NCBI RefSeq assembly: GCF_006345805.1 | Contig: NC_043006.1 | Location: forward strand, 77,066,001 to 77,130,000 | DNA: 64,000 nucleotides | Reading direction: 5' to 3' | Source of the DNA: Octopus sinensis | Taxonomy: Eukaryota | Part shown: positions 1 through 14,290 of the stretch, piece by piece | Numbering within the stretch: position 1 is the stretch's first letter | Layout: the number at the start of each line of letters is the position of its first letter | The notes under the pieces: generated by a model | The model's input: only the letters and a program-made list of their open reading frames with translations | Told to the model about the DNA's origin: nothing | The model's database searches: none | Translations under genes and position numbers: made by a program

Positions 1-964
1 ACAAACTATATGCTCTTTTCAGCAAATATTAACAAAATATAGGCGTGCTTTTTATATATCTGTAATGCACTCTAAGAAGAATGTTATTTAAAAATCTAAC
101 ATACAACATTCTAATGAATACAAGTGATAATAACAACAGAAGTAGCTTCGATTACGCTCTTGAAGAAATTAAATAAACTGTAAATATTTGAAGTAAAATG
201 CACTGAGACCGACAATAAGCACTAATAAGTAATGTTAAAACATGTAGTAAATACAGATAAGGGAATACATCATACTCAGTATATTTTCAACAAATTAAAC
301 GATGAAAGAAAAATGGCGTTTGTAAATCATACATTATGGAAAAGGTAATCTAATTAAGTAACACTATGGATAAATAGAAAAAAAAAACATTACGCAAATA
401 TAGGACAGAGATTTCCTTTCGGGGAATAAAATACACAAAGATTAGCCAAAAATAGAAACTACTTATCAAAATATATAGAAATGCAACGTCAACTTAGTTA
501 AAGAAAACAGAAGAAAGAATTTTAAAAATTAAAAATATGGCAGAATAACAGTATAAATGCAGTTAATTGTTGCTAAAGCCCAATGGATAACAAGATTTGA
601 AAAGAGAAATAAACAATTTATAGAAAATAAGAATATTTAGGGAAAAAATGCAAAATAGAAACTAAATCGAAACATAAAGAAGTAAAAATAGTCCCTCGAT
701 AAAATAAGATTGAAAACGTCTGCGCTGTAAATAAGTATATTTGAATTCAAAATCAAAAGTGATATATTTAAAAATGATAAAAAGCTCGCCGTAAGCAATA
801 AGAAGTATCAATAACAACTAAAGGGAACTCAACAAAATTAAATGTAAAAGAAACTTGGAAATCCAGTGAGAAAGTCCATAACAGTTGGAGTGAAAATTCA
901 CGTTCTACATGATAATTTTACAGAGACTTAAGAAATGATGCCAATAAAGTCTTCCATAAATATT

Positions 965-1600
965 GGTCTCAAATTTTGGCACAGGACAGTCAATTTAGGA
1001 GTTCTTTAGTGATTATAGTATCTGAATAATATTATTTCATCAACCGCTAAGGATAAAAGTCAAAATTGACCTCGGCGGGAGTTGAACGCAGAATCTCTTG
1101 CGTAAACTGACCTTTTATATTTTGGCATACGGCCAGGAATTTTGAAGGATGCGGAAGTGGATTACATCGACACCAATGCTAAACTGGTAATTCCCTGGAA
1201 ATGATGAAAGGTAAAGTCGACCCCAGTGGAATTTGAACCCTGAAAGTAATGTCGGAATAAATACAACTAAGTAATTCTTACGGCTTCAAACTCTGGTTTA
1301 ACACCAGCAATTCCGGACGAGGGGTAAGTCGACAATATCGACTCTTGTGCTCACTGCTCATACCTTGCATAAATAATGCAAGCATATATGGGTCAATTAC
1401 TAAAATCTCACATACGAGGAATCACTAGCATTCCCAAAACATTCAAGATAATAAAAAATTTATTCTTTCACAAGCTCAAAGCCAAATGGACAGGGAGCTG
1501 AAGAGTCGATTTTATCGCCATAGTTTCTAAATGGTACTTTATTTTATCGTTCTGAAGAGACTAAATTATCATCGGCGAGATTTGAACTCCGAACGTAAAT
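965..1600 (-). mobile_element. Cluster of 3-4 degenerate SINE family-2 fragments (older tail type)
   Basis: Repeated decayed matches to the reverse complement of family 2 (gatgaaaggtaaagtcgacc...ggaatttgaac; aaattttggcaca). Confidence 0.65.
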
Positions 1601-2318
1601 AACTAAAAAATATATTACATTTTAAAGTTAGTGAATATTTCCATAATCTTTGCCTTCAGTTCATTTTTGGTGATACAAATAGTTTTGTTAACCTCTCACT
1701 CAACTGCACCCCACACATAATAATCAAGATTCTAAACATCCAACCCTCTAGCTGAAATAAAGAAGAAAAATGTATATCTATTTAAACTACCGGTATTTAA
1801 GAATAAAATATGTACACCACAAAAGAAAAAATGCTTTTAAATAATTTTGTGACCAGAAAGACAATACGATATCTTTATATGTAACATAATAATGAAGTAA
1901 CTGGGAATCAACAAGAGCTCTACCATTATTAATAATTTTCCAAGAACGATATGGAGAATTCAAACAAGCAGTTGTTATATAAATTAAGCATGACAATAAT
2001 GAAGTAAGAATTCATGAAACCTTTCATCTTCCTTATTCAACCGTATACAACATGCACAATTGAACGAATTATTCCAAATCGCAAGTAAAATAAAATGCGG
2101 TAAGATGAAAGGACGCGTATTATGTATGGATGAATGGAGATGCTTTTGCTAAGTCAAGCACACATAAGCAATCCTGTTTCTTCAAAGTTTTGAAACGACA
2201 AGAAAAAGGATTCTGATATTTTTAGCTTCAAGTTGATTCAAATGCATAACACTACTCCCACATAATTTATTTTCTGTATTTTGGTAGGAACTAAATTTCA
2301 TATATATATATATAATAT

Positions 2319-2353
<35 letters not shown>

Positions 2354-2357
2354 TATG

Positions 2358-2432
<75 letters not shown>

Positions 2433-2859
2433 CTGTTTCTAAGTACACGACGCAAACACGCAAATACAAACATATATATCAAAACAAGTACCAAGGTCCT
2501 TCCTAAGCGACATGCTCACTAAGCCGTTTTCAACGTCAAATGAAGTGTTATGTATAAGAAAAGAACACATCGCCGGGTCCAAAAATCGAAACTACAGTCT
2601 TACGATTATTAGTGTAATACACAAAGCTGCACTCCTAAACGCGAACCTTCAGTCGCCACACGATATCAGCCAAAGATGTTATGTGCCTCTTGCTGATTTT
2701 CTTGAAACTTGCGACATGTTTGCGACATCAATTCTTGAATGAATCAGTCGTTGTCCTAGTGTAAACGTATTATTTTCCGACACTGTTACCGCGTTGACTA
2801 CAGCATTGTTATTGCTACTATCACGATATGGTCACAGCGGTTGTTTTTCATACTGGTTT

Positions 2860-3275
2860 ATACCGCCTTTCTTGATATTTTGATATATATGCTTGCTGTC
2901 TTTTCAATATGTCGAGCAGAAAGTAATCCGTACGTAGGAGGTTTATTGAATAATTGGTTCATTTTATTGTTATTAATGAAGTGCATATGCTGCTCTAAAT
3001 TAATAGAGTTAGCGTGAAAACTAATTGTATGCCTATTAAGTACAGGGTGGTATCTATTTGATTTTGGGAAACATTTGTCTAAAGTGGTTAAAAGTTCCCC
3101 AGTGATCTTCGTTGAAACATGTGAACCGTGGATTAAGATTGTACCAGAGGACATTGTCATTCTTATATTTATTGCCTGGCTTATTTGTTCTAATTGAGAC
3201 AATTTATTGTGTTATGCAGTAGTATATTGTCTTACCTGTGTCTATGAGTTTTGGCATGTAGTTTATTACCTTGGC
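2860..3275 (-). mobile_element. Decayed Penelope-like element, RT-to-EN linker region (WFNPP-type)
   Basis: Minus strand reads, across frameshifts, NVLWYN..P and VSTKITGELLTTLDKCFPKSNRYHPVLNRHT, resembling the recalled PLE motif IIWFNPP..VKTNIG..FL.LLDKHFP..N.LHKIFNR.T. Confidence 0.65.
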
Positions 3276-3313
3276 CAATTATTTTTGTATACACACACAC
3301 ACACACACACACG

Positions 3314-3344
<31 letters not shown>

Positions 3345-3473
3345 GCCTGTATTTCGGCCTGAGTCTGTTTCCTTACTGTAACGTTGTGTTGGTGTGTAAT
3401 GTGTATAGTTAGTGAACGAATTGGTAGTCTTTACCTGTCTTGTATGTATTAAATTTTCTCTCAGTAGCCATAT

Positions 3474-3544
<71 letters not shown>

Positions 3545-3712
3545 TATATGGGTAGACGATGTCCAATAACGTAAACAAAATGAGAAACGAGCACATAAAA
3601 ACAAATGCATGGAAAACGAACTTATTTTCAAATGACGAAAGAAACAAATAGAGAATCGAGACGGGCAACATAAAGAACATTCCCTTCATCAGTTGTCACC
3701 TGTTTTGGAAGG
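3545..3712 (-). mobile_element. Probable solo PLE pseudo-LTR fragment with CTGATGA motif, between microsatellites
   Basis: Minus strand: ccttccaaaacaggtgacaaCTGATGAagggaat followed by a T-rich tail; flanked by (GT)n and (TA)n. Confidence 0.4.
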
Positions 3713-3714
3713 TA

Positions 3715-3749
<35 letters not shown>

Positions 3750-4047
3750 TATAAAATTCTTTCACTATCACGCTTTCATCCATGTGTATGTTTTTCTGGA
3801 GGTTTTGGTAGATTTTGGAAGGAATCGGCACTTCAAGTATGCTGGGGTTAGGCCATTCTCGCCTTTACTACATTAATATAGTTATATACATATGTATATT
3901 ATTATTAATTTAATGTATAAATTGCCTATACAGTTTCATAGCATGCTGACTACCTGATTAAATCATTAACGTGATTTTTATTCTTATATTTTATTATAAA
4001 TTAATAAATGACCGGAATAGCATTTACTGCTTGGTTATTCTTACAAT

Positions 4048-4371
4048 GAGAATGCGCATGGCTCGAGCTTACGATCGTGAGGTTGTGAGTTCGAATCCCG
4101 GACCAGACTGTGTGTTGTATTCTTGAGCAAGACACTTTATTTCACGTTGCTCCAGTTCACTCAGCTGTAGCAATGAGTTAAGACGTCACAGGTGCCAAGC
4201 TGTATTGGCCTTTTCGTTTCCCTTGGATAACATCGGTGGCGTGAAGGGGGGAGGCTGGTATGCATGGGCGACTGCTGGTCTTCCATAAACAAACCTGCCC
4301 GGTCTTGTGCCTTGGAGGGTAACTTTCTATGTGCAATCCCATAGTCAGTCATGATCGAAGGGGGTCACAGC
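4048..4371 (+). mobile_element. tRNA-derived SINE, family 5 (CORE-like middle, distinct tail)
   Basis: B-box gagttcgaatccc; tgtattcttgagcaagacactttatttcacgttgctccag shared with family 4; 11-bp TSD attcttacaat/attcttataat (4037-4047, 4372-4382). Confidence 0.85.
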
Positions 4372-4439
4372 ATTCTTATAATATACACGTTGCTGTCGTG
4401 AGGGGATTTAAAATCGACTTATCTTGGATCTATACGTGC

Positions 4440-5031
4440 AAATATCATTGTGTTTGGAGTGATCACTAGTGATGGCGACGTTATGCCTCCATTCATCTCC
4501 CCACTCGGCCACAGACTCAACACGGACGCCTACTTCAAGTACCTAGAGGAGGTTGTGCTGCCCTGGGTCAAGTGGGTAGCTGCTCGAAGACCCTTTGTCT
4601 GGCAACAGGACACTGCACGGTGCCACACAAGCAGGAGAACGCAGTCACGGCTGTCAGGCAATTTCTGCGACTACATTAACCCTAACATCTGCCCACCTAA
4701 CTCCGCAGTCTGCAACCACCTTGATTATTATGTGTGGGGTGCAGCTGAGTGAGAGGTTAACAAAACTCCTTGTAACACCAAAGATGAACTGAAGGCAATG
4801 ATTATGGCAATATTCACCAACTTGAAGGAGACCGCCTAGAGGAGTTGCAGGAGATTCCGAAAGCATCTCGAGGCCGTTGTGGAAGCCAATGGCGATTATA
4901 TCAAATTAATTTACTCTTTAGTATTTCAAGATATTTTGATGTAATTTTGGTAAGTATATTTTTGAAAATGAGATGTCAGTCTTATTTTTATTTTTACCTA
5001 ATTTAGACGACAGTTTATTTACCGCATCCTG
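4440..5031 (+). mobile_element. 3' part of a Tc1/mariner transposon, DD37D (maT-like) transposase relic plus right TIR
   Basis: ORF 4450-4752 has WQQD...CPPNSAVCNHLDYYVWG with 37 residues between the two catalytic Asp; downstream stops, then LEAVVEANG; ends ...ccgcatcctg followed by TA. Confidence 0.9.
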
Positions 5032-5060
5032 TATATATATATATATAAAGAGAGAAAGTA

Positions 5061-5091
<31 letters not shown>

Positions 5092-5994
5092 AAGTGAGAG
5101 AGGGAGAAAGTAAAAGAGAGAGAGGCAGATTGACAGATAATGATGCAAATAAAGAAATAAAATTGAGTTTGCGATAGAAATATAAAACATAGAAACATGT
5201 ATGGGTATAAATAGACAGAAAGCGAAGACTGAAAACATTCAGACGATGAATATCCATGTATAAATATATAGATATGTATATATATAGTTACAGTAAACTC
5301 ATAGAGATTACAATATATATGTATGTGTGTAGGTTGGTATGTAGGTTTATACCTACGTACATATAGATATTCATACATACACACATTTCGCATTCTATAC
5401 AATGCTCAGCTTATTTGTTCTTTCCTAACGCATTAAAAACCCTACAGATATCTGAAACAAGTAGAAATTCATATTTTGAAATCATTTTAGATACACAAAC
5501 AAAGAGAGAAATGGAAAACCTCCCAGAAACCTTAATAGTTAATTTCAAGCTTTATTTGCTTTATATGTAATGCATTAAGCACAGCTTAGTTGGCTTACTA
5601 CATTTAGCTCCAGATTATTCGTCAAGTTGGAAATGTCAGCTGTTACAAGAAGTTAAAACGGAAGGGTGGTATTAACCCGGCATTGTAGACTTAACTTTGC
5701 CACCTAATTCATTTAATGGGGACTAATGTATTCAATGTAATGTGCCAAGAAAATGTTTGTTTACTTTAAAATGTTTTAGCTTAAGCTTACTATGTCAAAT
5801 ATGTTATTTTACGTTTAACTAAATAGTTTTGGTGCAAATGTATGCCTGGGATTTTAATTCTAATCTAACAATCTACAGTGAATACATTTTAACAACAAGA
5901 ACGACTAAAAATATATTGTGGGTGCAATACACATATATTATATTGTTATATTATATTATTATATCATATATATATGCGTATATATATATATTTA

Positions 5995-6045
<51 letters not shown>

Positions 6046-6070
6046 GTGTGGTGTGGTTTATGTATGCATC

Positions 6071-6102
<32 letters not shown>

Positions 6103-6124
6103 GCTGTGTGTGTGTGTATACATG

Positions 6125-6270
6125 CTGAGAGCCCTTCGGTCATGACTGACTGTGGGATGGCACCTAGGGTATATTATCTTCCCAGTCAAGTTTGTTTATG
6201 GAAGACCAGCAGTCTCCCATGCATACCAGCCTCATCTCTCCACGCCACCGATGTTATCCAAAGGAAAAGC
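6125..6270 (-). mobile_element. 3' fragment of SINE family 5
   Basis: Reverse complement matches 4220-4365 (ggataacatcggtggcgtg...gctggtcttccataaacaaac). Confidence 0.85.
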
Positions 6271-7413
6271 AACTGTAGCAATGTAAACATTATTGGTCGC
6301 ACATACATAGTGTATATGTTTCGTTTACAGACCAATTTTGTCGCAAGATGGCGTCCCATGAAAGCTCTCTACGTTGCACTGGATGTTAAACAAGCGAGGA
6401 AATCCAGATCTTATCATCAAGAATGGTAGATACTGATATTTCGCCATTATTGTAGCTTATCATTACCATGTATACGGATAGCAAACGATCGTATCACTTC
6501 GTTTAGAGATAATTGTAGTCATGTGCTATTTCCGATATATCGATTTGACATACAACTTCATCTTCTCTTTGATAATATATCTTACTTCTTTGATGGTTTC
6601 AGTTCATAATTATATAACGGTATATAATACGCTGAACGTAGATCGTACTTCCAAAAATGTACTTCTGAAAACATTTTTACGCGGTAAAGCGTTCTGTTCA
6701 CATTGCGCCGAAGATCTGAGATGAACTTCAGCACAAGACACACAAACAGACCAGATAAGTCATAATGTCACGTATCTCTGTTTGACTTTGGTGTACACTG
6801 CCAGCGGCGCAGCCGGGCATACTCTGCCTACTCAGTAGCACAATATATCACTATATATATATATATATATATACATAGCAGAGGTAAGAGAAGCGAGGTG
6901 AGTGAAAAGGTGTTCATTCCATTGCTTTACAGCTGTTTCACACTCTTTTTACGTATAAGAGGATTATTATATCAACATTTGCACGTGCATTAAAATATTA
7001 ATGCAAATATTTGCGTACATACATATATGTATAAGTAGGCCCCAAAAGTTAATTAAGAGAACGATACATAGTAGTACAAATAGTTCAAAACATCAACTCA
7101 GGTATATATATATGTGTGTGTATGTATATATATATATATATACATATATAGATAGAGAGAGATATAGACATAGGCATATATGCATGCATATATAAATATG
7201 TATGGGTATGTGTGAATGTGTGCATTTTTATGCATCTGTCTAGCTAACTGTCATGTATATATATATATATGTATGCCTGTACATACCTACTTCTGTATGT
7301 ATAACATATATATATATATACATATGTATATACATATGCACGCATATATATGTATGTATATTTACATACATATATATTCACACAACACACACACACACCA
7401 CATATATATATAT

Positions 7414-7468
<55 letters not shown>

Positions 7469-7805
7469 GTATATATAATATATGTATGTATACATATGCA
7501 TACATACATACTTAAATATATATGTATTGTGTGTATGTATGTGTACATGAATGCATACTCATGCAAGAATAACTGCTATTTAAAAGTATTTCGGGATACA
7601 ATATTAAAACGTTTGATCTGTATTGTTGACACGAAATTTTTGCAATATTTTTCACTTATTTCTTTTACATTTCTTACACAAATAAATATATCATTCAATA
7701 TATAAGCCGGTACGTGTCTAAGGTTTTCATTTGTTTATGTGTGACTGCACAAGTATCAGTATATATCTTTAAAAAAAAATCACACACTCACATACATATG
7801 TATAC

Positions 7806-7849
<44 letters not shown>

Positions 7850-8253
7850 TTGTTTATATTTGTATGTATATATGTATGTACATGCATGCATACATGTATA
7901 CACAGACACATACACATACAGATATACGAATAAATGAGACCGAACAACATAGGAAGCTTTACTATAATCGCAATTTTTTTTTTAAATTTCTTGTATTAAT
8001 ACTGTAGAACGTTATATTTTGACATGTCCAGGGTGCTTGTCCCTACATTCATTTCTTTACCTGCTCAAGTTTAATTCTCTTGAGCACTGCTAAGTGTGTT
8101 TTATTCAAATAATATCTGATTCCGATCTATGGACAATAAACAAATATATTGTATAGTTATACAAACACACATATATATGTTTGTATATACATGCATATAT
8201 ATACGTGTGTGCATGTATGTATGTAAATATATACATATATATATATATATATA

Positions 8254-8288
<35 letters not shown>

Positions 8289-8320
8289 TGTATATTATAT
8301 ATATATATTACACACACATA

Positions 8321-8359
<39 letters not shown>

Positions 8360-8389
8360 ACACACATATATATATATATATATACACAC

Positions 8390-8422
<33 letters not shown>

Positions 8423-8439
8423 TATATATATATATATAT

Positions 8440-8485
<46 letters not shown>

Positions 8486-8516
8486 CACTATATATATATA
8501 TATATATATACATATA

Positions 8517-8682
8517 TACGACGGGCTTCTTTTAGTTTCCGTCTACCAAGTCCACTCACAAAGCTCTGGTCGGCCCGAGGCTATAGTAGAAGACACTTGC
8601 CCAAGATGCCACGCAGTGGGACTGTACCCAGAACCATGTGGTTGGTAAGCAAGCTACTTACTACACAATCACTCCTACGCCT
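8517..8682 (-). mobile_element. SINE family 1 (tRNA head + CORE-like), 5' half
   Basis: Reverse complement ggcgtaggagtg...cttgggcaagtgtcttctactatagcc; runs into an expanded TA/CA array. Confidence 0.9.
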
Positions 8683-8897
8683 ATATATATATATATATAT
8701 ATAATTATATGTATGTATGCTTTTATGTACGTATATATCTACGTGTTGTTATGTGCACACATGCATATAATCATTCGGGTGTAAGCCTCATTGTGTTGGT
8801 TTGCAGCGTTCCCTTTCACTCATAATATTTAGATCGTTGATGTGTTTAATCGCCTTAATTTTGCATATCAGTGTTTTTCACAAAATATATATATGTA

Positions 8898-9097
8898 ACT
8901 GCGGCCATTGTGGAGAACCGCCTTTAATCGAGCAAATCGACCCCAGGACTTATTTTTTGCAAGACTAGTACTAATTCTATCTGTCTATTTTGCCGAACCG
9001 CTAATTTACGTGGAAATAAACACACCAGCATCGGGTGTAAAGCGATTTTGTGGAACAATCACAGACACAAACATATACACATTCATACATACATACA

Positions 9098-9156
<59 letters not shown>

Positions 9157-9332
9157 CATATACATTTATACGACAGGCTTCTTTCAGTTTCCGTCTACCA
9201 AATCCACTCACAAGGCTTTGGACGCTCCGAAGCTATAGTAGAAGACACATGCCCAAGGTGCCACGCAATGGGACTGAACCCAGAACCATGTGGTTGGTAA
9301 GCAAGCTACTTACCACACGTCCACTCCTGCGC
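8898..9332 (-). mobile_element. SINE family 1, near full length with internal (TA)n
   Basis: Both halves match other copies; CORE-like gcaccttgggca. Confidence 0.9.
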
Positions 9333-9925
9333 TTATATGTTCCACCCTCGGATTCTAAATGTATGTATATATGTTCAGTCTTATTACAACCACGTTTCAT
9401 TGACAAATTTTACGTTGCTTAGGACACTACATTCATATATGAATTATTACATTGACAAATAGTCTACAAAACTAATCAAATCTTTTGCAAAATACCTAAT
9501 GTGAGAAAGACAGAAAATGAGAGAGTAAAGAGAAAGAAAAAAAAAACACAGAAAGGAAATTTGACAGAAACGAACAAATATAATGAACGGTATGTACCTA
9601 AATATTGCCATATATTATGTCACATATTTCATTGTCTGTACAATAATTGAATATAGCTATATTATTTCTATACTCAGACACACACACACACACACAAATT
9701 TGCACCCACAAACTTACAAACACACACATACACACACATATATGTATATATTTCGTGAGACGCTTGTAAACGGTGTACGGTTACAAAATTTTCGGCTCGA
9801 GTAAATTATATTTCAGAAATACGTTTGAAACGGTGAAATTTTATGTAATAGAAACATTTCCTGTTATATACTATCCAAACCTAGGACGTGCATATTATAT
9901 CATTTCAAAATATCAGTATTTGGTG

Positions 9926-9961
<36 letters not shown>

Positions 9962-10364
9962 CACACATCTATGTTTGTATCTGTGTGTGTGTTTGCATAT
10001 GCGTACCAGTGTATACACGTATATATTACATCTTTTAGTTTTATTCTCTCCTTAAAATGCTACCATGCTTGGGCACCTCGGTAAGAATCTAATCAGGCAA
10101 ATCGACCTCTGTACTTATTCTTATAAAGCCTGATACTTATTCTGTCGATATCGTTTATCGAACGAAACAAATGGGAACGTAAGCAAACCAACACCGTTCT
10201 CAATAGGTGGTGTGGAACAAACACATATAGGACACCTTATATACATGTATATATACACACATATATATATACATATATATATATATATGTATACACATAC
10301 ACATATACATTTCTACATATAAATATATATACATATAAACACACACACAAACACACACGCACAC

Positions 10365-10395
<31 letters not shown>

Positions 10396-10519
10396 AATAA
10401 GATACTCGGAGATCTGGATGGTTGTACATTTGTAGATTTTTATTAATATGTCACATGTTTTTTATAAATCTTCTAATAGCCCATGCATCTACTCTAGCAG
10501 ATTCTTCACCTCCAAACCT

Positions 10520-10571
<52 letters not shown>

Positions 10572-10661
10572 ATGTGTGTGTGTGAGTGTGTGTATGTATG
10601 TATATGTATATATATGTGTATATATATGTATGTATATAATATATATGTATGTATGTATATG

Positions 10662-10693
<32 letters not shown>

Positions 10694-10695
10694 AT

Positions 10696-10733
<38 letters not shown>

Positions 10734-11572
10734 CACGGTGTTGTCTTCATAAGAATTTAGAAACATGGAGATGATCGTAAAATCATTATGTTTAAAAATC
10801 CTTTAGGTACACACACTTACATGCGTTTAATTGGTGTGTGTATTAGTGAATATATATGTATGTATATAATACATATATGTATGTATAATTACATTCGCTC
10901 GTACCCACCGCTATGGGCGCGTGCATTTCTTTGCGTGAATAAAGGTATGCTTTTGTTCCTGAGTGTGGAATATGTACCGAAAGATAGCAAGAAAAGAGGA
11001 TGCTAGAGAGAAATAAAACTGCTTTCCCTTTATATAAATACATACCCATATGCAAATATATACATATACACACAATCATATCTATACAAGCTCCATTCTT
11101 CTACGGACAATAGTAGCAAGTGTGGTGTTCAAAAGTTGTACTAACGATATGCAAATCTTGAATTTAATCTAAAGAGTTTATGCAAATTATTCTACATGAA
11201 TATTAATTTTATTGAAGATTAATTCCTATGAAACGGTGACCTTAAGTGATTTCAGGATGAAACAGGTGGGTGTTCAAAGGTCGTTCTGTGCAGAAGTGAT
11301 AAGTGAGCAAGTATGAATGCATAATGTAAGTTCATGCGTGTGCCTCGTTAAACAACCGGTTTGTAAGGAGATAGAGGAACACAATAGTAAATATACAGGT
11401 GCAAGCTTACATAGGGAAAAAAAACTAGTAGAATCAGGTTACAAAACAATGTATGCTCCTTAGGAGGTGAGAAATGAAAGTGAAAAGCTGACACAATTGT
11501 ACGGCCTTGAATGAGTGGAGACATCAATGGCATGTTACAATAATTTATGCATATATGTATCTGTATATTATG

Positions 11573-11611
<39 letters not shown>

Positions 11612-12137
11612 ACATATAAATATATATATAAACACTAACTTATATGTGTATTTTATATCAATATTGTATACCGCACTATACATTTTCAATGAATATTTAT
11701 CTAGTGTCATTTCTTTCTCTCTTTTTTCCGTACGTCATGAACGTTTTATAAACGTGATCTTTGAATGAACGATTTTTAAGATACACTTGTAAGATTTCTG
11801 AATCACATTAGCTACAAGCTGAAGCAATGTTACTTTGCCGTCTTTGGAGAATTCTGGTAGAGATTAATGTCTTTTCATAATTACAAGATTACTTATATAT
11901 CCTAGTATAAAAAAAGTATACTTCTGTTTAATAAATACACTCATGCATATAACTGATTAAAATTCCGTGTCGCAAAAACATATTCAAAGGCGACAGTCTT
12001 TCTACGATGTTGTTCGTACTCTTTGCATATTTTGATAAAAATGCTAATATTTTCTGTCTTCCATTCAAGGTAAATTTCTCAAAGCAGTTTTTGTTTTTGC
12101 TTTTTAATATAAATTTACTCGTGTGAAAGCTTTTACC

Positions 12138-12182
<45 letters not shown>

Positions 12183-13070
12183 ACGCACGCACGCACGCAC
12201 ACACAGACATACAAACACATACTTAACACACAGCTACACACACACATATATGCATGCATGATTGCACATATCCATACACGCATATGTATATACCCACACG
12301 TACACACACAACACAACACACACGCAACACAACACACACACACACACGCAGAGGCATGCATACATTTTCAACACACTTATACACATTTGTATATACGTAT
12401 ACACAGAATATATATACAGTGAGGAGAGAGAGAGAGAGGATGAGAATTAGAAAGTGTGTGACTGATAGTTGTGCGAATGTATGTTTGTTTATGAGTGCGT
12501 GCGTGTGTATGTCTGTACATATGCGTGCATGTGTGTGTGTACCCTCGTGCGTTCTAGTGTGTGTCAAAAACTGAGAGAAAGGGATAGAGAGAATTACTTC
12601 AAATGCTAATTTTGTTTCATGATTACATAATGAAAACATTGATGTCAAATCGAGAGTATGCGTATTTGGTTATTTGTCCTCCACGCTGACTTACGGTGAT
12701 CATTTTATTTTCAATAATAGGATCAAAAGATCACTTTCAAAGTGGCTTGGTCCCTATTCTGCAACTTTATATTTCGAGTTCAAATCCCGCCTACGTTAAA
12801 TGTCTCTTTCGTCCTTCCCTGCTAGATAAAGTAACATACCAACTGTGGTTGATTGAATCGACGAAAACCTACCACCAGATATCAGGCCATGTGTCTGTAT
12901 TAGGAACAGTTATGTAAGCTAATAGAAGTCTAGCATTTTATGATATACCTCTTCTCTGTGTGTCTTTGTCTATTGCCTTTTTGTTTCTATTCGTGTTATC
13001 GATGCGTGTCTATGATTTTGTTTGTGTTTATTAGAGCAACACAGCTTCGTATAATTCAAATATTAACATT

Positions 13071-13294
13071 CCTCTCTTTTACTTGTATCAATCATTTGAC
13101 TGCGGCCATGCTGGAGCACCGCCTTTAATCGAGCAACTCGACCCACCAGGACTTATTCTTTGTAAGCCTAGTTCTTATTCTATCGGTCTCTTTTGCCGAA
13201 TCGCGAAGTTACGGGGACATAAACACACCAGCATCGGTTTTCGCGGGATGTTGGGGAGACAAACACTGACACACAAACAGACACAAACAGACAG

Positions 13295-13349
<55 letters not shown>

Positions 13350-13536
13350 TATATATATACATATATATATATATACACGACGGGTTTCTTTCAGTTTCCG
13401 TCTACCAAATCCACTCACAAGGCTTTGGTCGGCCCGAGACTACAGTAGAAGACGCTTGCCCAAGTTGCCATGCAGTGGGACTGAACCCGGAACCATGTGG
13501 TTGGTATGCAAGCTACTTACTACACAGCCACTCCTG
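13071..13536 (-). mobile_element. SINE family 1, full length with internal (CA)n/(TA)n
   Basis: Head, CORE-like segment, internal microsatellite and 3' body all present. Confidence 0.92.
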
Positions 13537-13926
13537 TCATTCCTACATTTTTGGGTGCACCGTATCGTTACTTTCAGATTATATCCGAGCCGTAGACCAG
13601 CAATTCTGGGGGAAAGTGTTAGCTTATGACATCGACCACAGTTTTTCACATGTACATAGGCACAAAATCTGTAACTGTAAGGGGCTTTAGTCGATTGCTT
13701 TGATCCCAGTGTTCAAATGGTTCCTATTTTAATGACCACAAAATGAAAAGCGAAGTCAGCATCGGTGGAATTTGAACTAAGGACGTGATGACGGATAAAA
13801 TGCCGCTAAGTATTTGGCCAGAGGATTTTGCTTGACGTTGTAACGATTCTTTCATTCAACCCGCCTTAATAAACAATTAAATAATGGGAATCCAAAACGT
13901 GGTTTCATATATTACTTGTTTCATAT

Positions 13927-14290
13927 AGGCATAGGAGTGGCTGTGTGGTAAGTAGCTTGCTTACCAACTACAATGTTCCGGTTTCAGTCCCACTGCATGG
14001 CACCTTGGGAAAGTGTAGTGTCTTCTACTATAGCCTCGGGCCGACCAAAGTCTTGTGAGTGGATTTGGTATATATATGTGTTTGTGTATATATATATATC
14101 TATATATATATCTTTGTGTGTCTGTGTTTGTTCCCCCAACATCGCTTGACAACCGATGCTGGTGTGTTCACGTCCCCGTAACTTAGCGGTTCGGCAAAAG
14201 AGACCGATAGAATAAGTACTAAGCTTACAAAGAATAAGTCCTGATGTCGATTTGCTCGACTAAAGGCGGCGCTCCAGCATGACCACACTC
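13927..14290 (+). mobile_element. SINE family 1 with short internal deletion
   Basis: ggcataggagtggctgtgtggtaagtagc...ggcaccttgggaaagtg...gctccagcatgacc. Confidence 0.9.

Noticed and set aside
1-900. A-rich strand-biased region with AKAQWITRFEKRNKQF, reminiscent of an L1/Tx1 linker
   Set aside because: Single weak motif and many stops; cannot be supported as a feature.
6715-6835. agcggcgcagccgggc resembling a Helitron 3' end
   Set aside because: No clear hairpin plus CTRR terminus and no second copy in the window.
11256-11332. Exon-like segment between tttcAG and GTAAGT
   Set aside because: All three frames are closed to that donor; weak polypyrimidine tract.
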